A program made the translations under genes and the position numbers. This document shows positions 59,816 to 64,000 of a stretch of DNA of 64,000 nt, one piece after another. How positions within the stretch are numbered: position 1 is the stretch's first letter; every line of letters begins with the position of its first letter. The notes beneath the pieces were generated by a model, which was given only the letters and a program-made list of their open reading frames with translations, was not told the DNA's origin and did not search any database. Origin of the DNA: Limnochordia bacterium (GTDB taxonomy: Bacteria > Bacillota > Limnochordia > DTU080); contig JBMNJG010000005.1 in assembly GCA_050951545.1 (NCBI GenBank), positions 195,742-259,741 of the forward strand, read 5' to 3'.

Positions 59816-60676
59816 ATGTTGGATAGTCCTAGCCAGGCCTTCTCCATCTCCGACAAAATATGCCATAGCGGAGACGTGGTAGCAGACCTGACGGCGCTGC
59901 GCATAGCTGGTTTCGACTACATACATTTCAGCACCCGCTGGTTTCAGGCTGAGCCGATGGAGGCAGCGGAGCTAGAGACGTGGGAGCAGGCTCTTGCCCA
60001 AACTGGTACTAGAGTCCTCGATGTGCACGGCACCCTGACTCCCAAAGTGAACTTGTGGGCAGAAGATCCCGAGATACGCGCCTTAGCCCTGAAGCTGCTT
60101 TTCCATCGACTGGAAGTCACTTATAGGCTGGGTGGCGATGCCATGGTCTACCATGCCCCCAATGGCATTGCCCCTTCAGAAGCGGTATATGAGCGTCTTG
60201 TCGACGGGCTGGCCCGCGCCGAAGAGAGGGCCCGCCATCTGGGGCTGCGCATCGCTTTGGAGAACCACTACGATGCGGAACTGACCAATCGCAGCCTGGA
60301 GATCTGTTTCGAGCGCTTCGACCCTGATTATGTCGGTTTTACGCTCGACCCAGGGCACGCCAACATGGCCGGCAATCTTGGGTGGCTGTGCCACAACTGC
60401 CGCGAACGCTTGACGGTGCTACACCTCAATGACAATGATGGTCACCGCGACTGGCATTGGTTGCCGCAAGATCCACGCGGCAGCGTCAATTGGGATCTCG
60501 TGGTGGAGTGCATCGCTGGCAGTCCGTACACGAAGCCACTCCAACTGGAAGTGAACCCTCCACCCAACAGCAATGCCCCTGATTCTGGATATCTCAAAGA
60601 AGCGCAGACAGCTGTAGCAGTTCTGAACAGACAGGTAGCTCAGGCACGAGAAAACAGTCCCTCCGCTGCAGTCTGA
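59816..60676 (+). CDS. Sugar phosphate isomerase/epimerase (xylose isomerase-like TIM barrel)
   Basis: LALENHYD...FTLDPGHANMAG metal-binding pattern. Confidence 0.8.
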   Translation: MLDSPSQAFSISDKICHSGDVVADLTALRIAGFDYIHFSTRWFQAEPMEAAELETWEQALAQTGTRVLDVHGTLTPKVNLWAEDPEIRALALKLLFHRLEVTYRLGGDAMVYHAPNGIAPSEAVYERLVDGLARAEERARHLGLRIALENHYDAELTNRSLEICFERFDPDYVGFTLDPGHANMAGNLGWLCHNCRERLTVLHLNDNDGHRDWHWLPQDPRGSVNWDLVVECIAGSPYTKPLQLEVNPPPNSNAPDSGYLKEAQTAVAVLNRQVAQARENSPSAAV

Positions 60677-60797
60677 GCGAGGTACGCGTGTCGGCGGCCA
60701 ACCACATCACCGGACGAGAATCGAAGGCCGCCGGCATGCCCATACCGCATTATGCGACTTTCAGAGGAACGACTGTCACTACTGCCTGCGCAGCGTA

Positions 60798-62465
60798 CTA
60801 GAGAAAGAACTTCAGGCCGCGCACGCGCGTGCCCGCATAGCGATCCGGATAGCGCGCATCAGGAATCCCTGCGGGTACAGGCTCTGCAATCGTCAGATTG
60901 AAGGTGCCTTTACGAGTCTCAACGAGCAGCTGATGATTACCCTCAGTTAAGTCAAACAGCAATATGTCATTTGGCATCACGTGACGCCTTGTCACACCCT
61001 GGAAATCGTAGACAAGCCTACCATCGATCCACACCCGCATAGGTGTGCTCGAGCCTACCCGCAGTTCTGCCTTCTGGTTTCTCGGGGCATAAAAGTGCGT
61101 GAAAGCGTAGTAGTAGCGACTTGAGCGATTCGCGAAAGCCTGACTAATATCGATAAAATCGTCGGATGCATAAAGCTCCTCGGTCCATCCCTCTTGACCC
61201 GGTGTAGGCACCGTCTTTGGATCTATCGGCTCTGCCGCCATGTTCAAAGTCCAGAAGCGTACGCTTTGGCCCTCTTTCGAGCGCCCCAACCAAGCTTGGT
61301 GCATGATGTTCTTCTGGAACAGGTAACTGGCAGATTCCAGACTCTCGCCTACGACGTCGATACGCTCGAGGTCATTGATGCCCATGCCGATTAGCGCTGC
61401 CATAGTCACGTGCGAGATATCGTCGGGGTTGAAGCCCATCAGTCGAGCACATACCGTATCAACGGCCACGCTATCACGCCCGGCGACGATCATGTTGCGG
61501 TACAAAGGAGAACCGTTAGCCCTCGTATATGCTCTCTCTAGGGCAGTGATCGCATCGACCACCACATAGTCGATATCCGCCACGGACGCCATGTCCACGA
61601 TCGTCTTATCCATCACGGCGGGGTTGTGATCAAGTCCGTTTTTCGCCCACCCATACCGTGCTCCAGGAGCGACGCCAATGTTGTTCTTGAGGCTTACTGT
61701 GATCCGTGTTCCGTGAATCTTCATCACGGGCACCGAGATCACTTTGTCGGCTTCTTCTACCAATCTGTGAGTCCAGTAAGTATCTTGATACCATCCACCG
61801 TCCGGCAGGTGCACCAAGACCGTATCCGATAGCGGCACGTTGAGGTCGCCCAGGCTGACCTTCAGCCCCGGAAGGGAAGGATCCTTTTTCAGCTCCTCCA
61901 CCATCTCGCGGTATCCGTTCCTACCTAGGCCATCACGCACCTGGGCTTTAGTAACCGAGTATTTGGCCGCAAGCTGTGGATCTATCCACTCACCTGAGCC
62001 ATCGGCCACGACGATCTCAGCGTCTGGATTTGCCTCATAGACCAGCTTGATGACCGCCCGCACCACACGATTGTCTGTGATAGAACCGCTGCCGGAAGCA
62101 GCATCTGTCACCCAGTTGGGCTTGATGAGCACTAACCTATCGTCCGGATCTACTACCTTTTTCATGCCACCTGTCTTCTCGACAGCCAAACGAACCATCT
62201 GCTCAATCTGCATCGTGGTGATCCGATTGCCCAAGGCATCCGGGTCCACAGGATTGGGCATGCCTGCAGTATTCGTCCGCACGACAGCCACCGTACTTCT
62301 CTCCCAAGGCACTGGCCGCTGCACTTCGGACACCTTGTGGAAAAGCTGGTAGCCTTTCGTCGCGTTATGGGCTACCGTCGAGTGTAGATCAAGCATGAAC
62401 AAGACGACTATGGCCGCAACAGCCACATAGCGCAGCCAACCTTTTCGCCTAACTGCTTGCCCCAT
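60798..62465 (-). CDS. DUF362 domain protein with N-terminal membrane anchor and C-terminal beta-sandwich extension
   Basis: LVLIKPNWV / VVADGSGE / PVMKIHG blocks characteristic of DUF362. Confidence 0.5.
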   Translation of the reverse strand: MGQAVRRKGWLRYVAVAAIVVLFMLDLHSTVAHNATKGYQLFHKVSEVQRPVPWERSTVAVVRTNTAGMPNPVDPDALGNRITTMQIEQMVRLAVEKTGGMKKVVDPDDRLVLIKPNWVTDAASGSGSITDNRVVRAVIKLVYEANPDAEIVVADGSGEWIDPQLAAKYSVTKAQVRDGLGRNGYREMVEELKKDPSLPGLKVSLGDLNVPLSDTVLVHLPDGGWYQDTYWTHRLVEEADKVISVPVMKIHGTRITVSLKNNIGVAPGARYGWAKNGLDHNPAVMDKTIVDMASVADIDYVVVDAITALERAYTRANGSPLYRNMIVAGRDSVAVDTVCARLMGFNPDDISHVTMAALIGMGINDLERIDVVGESLESASYLFQKNIMHQAWLGRSKEGQSVRFWTLNMAAEPIDPKTVPTPGQEGWTEELYASDDFIDISQAFANRSSRYYYAFTHFYAPRNQKAELRVGSSTPMRVWIDGRLVYDFQGVTRRHVMPNDILLFDLTEGNHQLLVETRKGTFNLTIAEPVPAGIPDARYPDRYAGTRVRGLKFFL

Positions 62466-62716
62466 CGTTTACCGCCCTCCTCTCGGCGCTCTGTTGTCTC
62501 TTTCGCCGACACGAACGCCCCTTCCTTTCATATCCCGTTCATCCAGAAAAAGGTGTGACTGACACGTTAGGCATACAACGTACTCGCATACGCCCACTCC
62601 ATCGCCAGGAAAAACGCCTACCATGTGGAAGAGTCTGCTACAGACAATCAGAACTGCATGGAGTTGCTAGATGGGCTTGCACGAATGGAAGGAGTAGGCA
62701 AAGGAGCGTGTTCCAA

Positions 62717-63991
62717 ATGAAGTTAAGCCCAAGGCACTGCGTATTGTGGATCCTGATGCTAATCTTCCTGCACTTGTCAGTCGCTGCTGTGGCTGGGGGA
62801 AATGCTGTCCAGTTCGTCATCTACGCCTCAGAAGACCGTGTACCGCTCTACCAGCAGTTTTTCCAGGCGTTTGAGTCCAGAACAGGCATTCCGGTGGAGC
62901 ATCAGCAAGTTCCTGGCTCCCAAGTGCAAAAATGGGAACAAGTCATCACCCGCATCGCCGGAGGCCTATCCCCAGACGTAGTGGGCGGTGTGAGCGTTGA
63001 ATTCCCGCAATACGCTGCCCAAGGCCTGATCGAGCCAGTTGATGCGTGGCTGAAACGAGACAAAGCCAACACAGGGGTGGTCATGCCTATCTTGATCAAC
63101 GCCCTGCAGTGGCGAGGGCAACAGTTCATGATGCCCTACGGTGCGTCTGGGGTCTGCATTGTCTATAACATGCAGCTTTTGGATGAAGCTGGTGTGCCGC
63201 ACCCACCGACTGAGTGGGGCACACCCCAATGGACCTGGGAGAGTTTCTTGGCTGCCCTGAAGAAATTGACCAAACGCGACGCCAGTGGCAACATCACGCA
63301 GTACGGGCTCGGAGGTCCACCCTGGGACAGTTGGATCACACTTCCCTACACCTGGGGTGGCGACTGGATCGACGCTGAACTGAAGCGTTTTACGGGTAAC
63401 CAGCCCGAGGCTCTTGCCTCACTGCAGGCCATGCAAGATATGCGCTGGACCTACCAGGTCATGGGCACCGGAGGTGGGCTGATCGAAGGGCGCTCGGCCA
63501 TCCTCGGCTGGGGCACCTGGAATCTCAAGGCCATGATGGATAGTCCGCTTCCCTTGCGTATGGCGCCCTGGTTTCGCGTGGGCACTCATGATCCCAAAGG
63601 TCCCGTTAACCCAAATGGGCTAGCGGTGTTAGCTTCCAGCAGCAACAAAGACGCCTCGTGGGAGTTTGTGAAATTCGCCACTCTCGATCCAGTCGGCAAC
63701 CATCTTTTTGCCACTGCTGCAGGTTCGGTACCTGGCACGGGGCAAGCCTACCGCCGCTGGCAAGAGGCGGTACAATCCCAGAAACCCAACCTGAACCCGA
63801 GCGCATTCGTCCAGCAAGTGGGCCAATATGGAGCCATCGTTAACATCCGAAAGGTGACCACGTTTAACGACATCAATGCGGTCATGATCCCCGCAGTCAA
63901 CGACGTGATCAACAACGTGAAGTCACCGACCCAGGCGATGGAAGAAGCAGCGCCTGTGGTCCAAGCCTTGATCGATCAAAGCGCTCACTGA
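62717..63991 (+). CDS. ABC transporter extracellular solute-binding protein, family 1 (sugar)
   Basis: Signal peptide MKLSPRHCVLWILMLIFLHLSVAAVAGG and SBP_bac_1-like fold; AAGGAG SD 10 nt upstream. Confidence 0.75.
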   Translation: MKLSPRHCVLWILMLIFLHLSVAAVAGGNAVQFVIYASEDRVPLYQQFFQAFESRTGIPVEHQQVPGSQVQKWEQVITRIAGGLSPDVVGGVSVEFPQYAAQGLIEPVDAWLKRDKANTGVVMPILINALQWRGQQFMMPYGASGVCIVYNMQLLDEAGVPHPPTEWGTPQWTWESFLAALKKLTKRDASGNITQYGLGGPPWDSWITLPYTWGGDWIDAELKRFTGNQPEALASLQAMQDMRWTYQVMGTGGGLIEGRSAILGWGTWNLKAMMDSPLPLRMAPWFRVGTHDPKGPVNPNGLAVLASSSNKDASWEFVKFATLDPVGNHLFATAAGSVPGTGQAYRRWQEAVQSQKPNLNPSAFVQQVGQYGAIVNIRKVTTFNDINAVMIPAVNDVINNVKSPTQAMEEAAPVVQALIDQSAH

Positions 63992-64000
63992 GCTGACACC

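Overview
This is a GC-rich (about 60%) bacterial chromosomal window with about 52 protein genes and three tRNAs. Where transcript ends could be identified, most are hairpins with short or absent T-tracts.

Genes with a clear call:
- Nine-gene V-type ATPase operon (G-I-K-E-C-F-A-B-D); subunit I is split by an apparent single-base frameshift.
- yitJ-like homocysteine methyltransferase/MTHFR and metH (B12-dependent) operon behind a roughly 480-nt leader.
- TetR, MMPL/RND exporter, DUF1329 (LolA-like) and DUF1302 operon with a palindromic operator.
- Cluster encoding a tandem NifX/NifB-like cofactor-binding protein, two MinD-type P-loop ATPases with 4Fe-4S inserts, and a DUF5320 glycine-rich protein.
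- Polysaccharide-degradation genes: a heparinase II/III-like lyase with a CBM, a CE7 acetyl-xylan esterase, a sulfatase, other esterases and sugar ABC binding proteins.
- An ABC-2 exporter pair, a DUF534-type ABC importer with Lrp regulator, and a Kef-type antiporter fused to a UspA domain.
- tRNA-Arg(ACG) with a near-consensus promoter, tRNA-Ser(GCU) and tRNA-Arg(UCG).

The unexplained signals are listed here.
- The NifX cluster is served by two promoters carrying paired GAGCATATGCTC palindromes.
- A gene with two winged-helix domains and a DUF559 endonuclease-like C-terminus sits between the met operon and tRNA-Arg(ACG), flanked on both sides by a conserved roughly 40-nt element that shows compensatory base changes.
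- One of those flanks is a 2.5-copy, roughly 106-bp tandem array.
- A roughly 40-nt 5'-UTR motif (GACATGCCCGCACAGCG...CACGATTT...GGAGG) recurs three times on the + strand.
- The sulfatase has a C-A-A-S-R active-site motif, the anaerobic-maturase type.
- A PAP2-GDPD fusion has a variant metal site.
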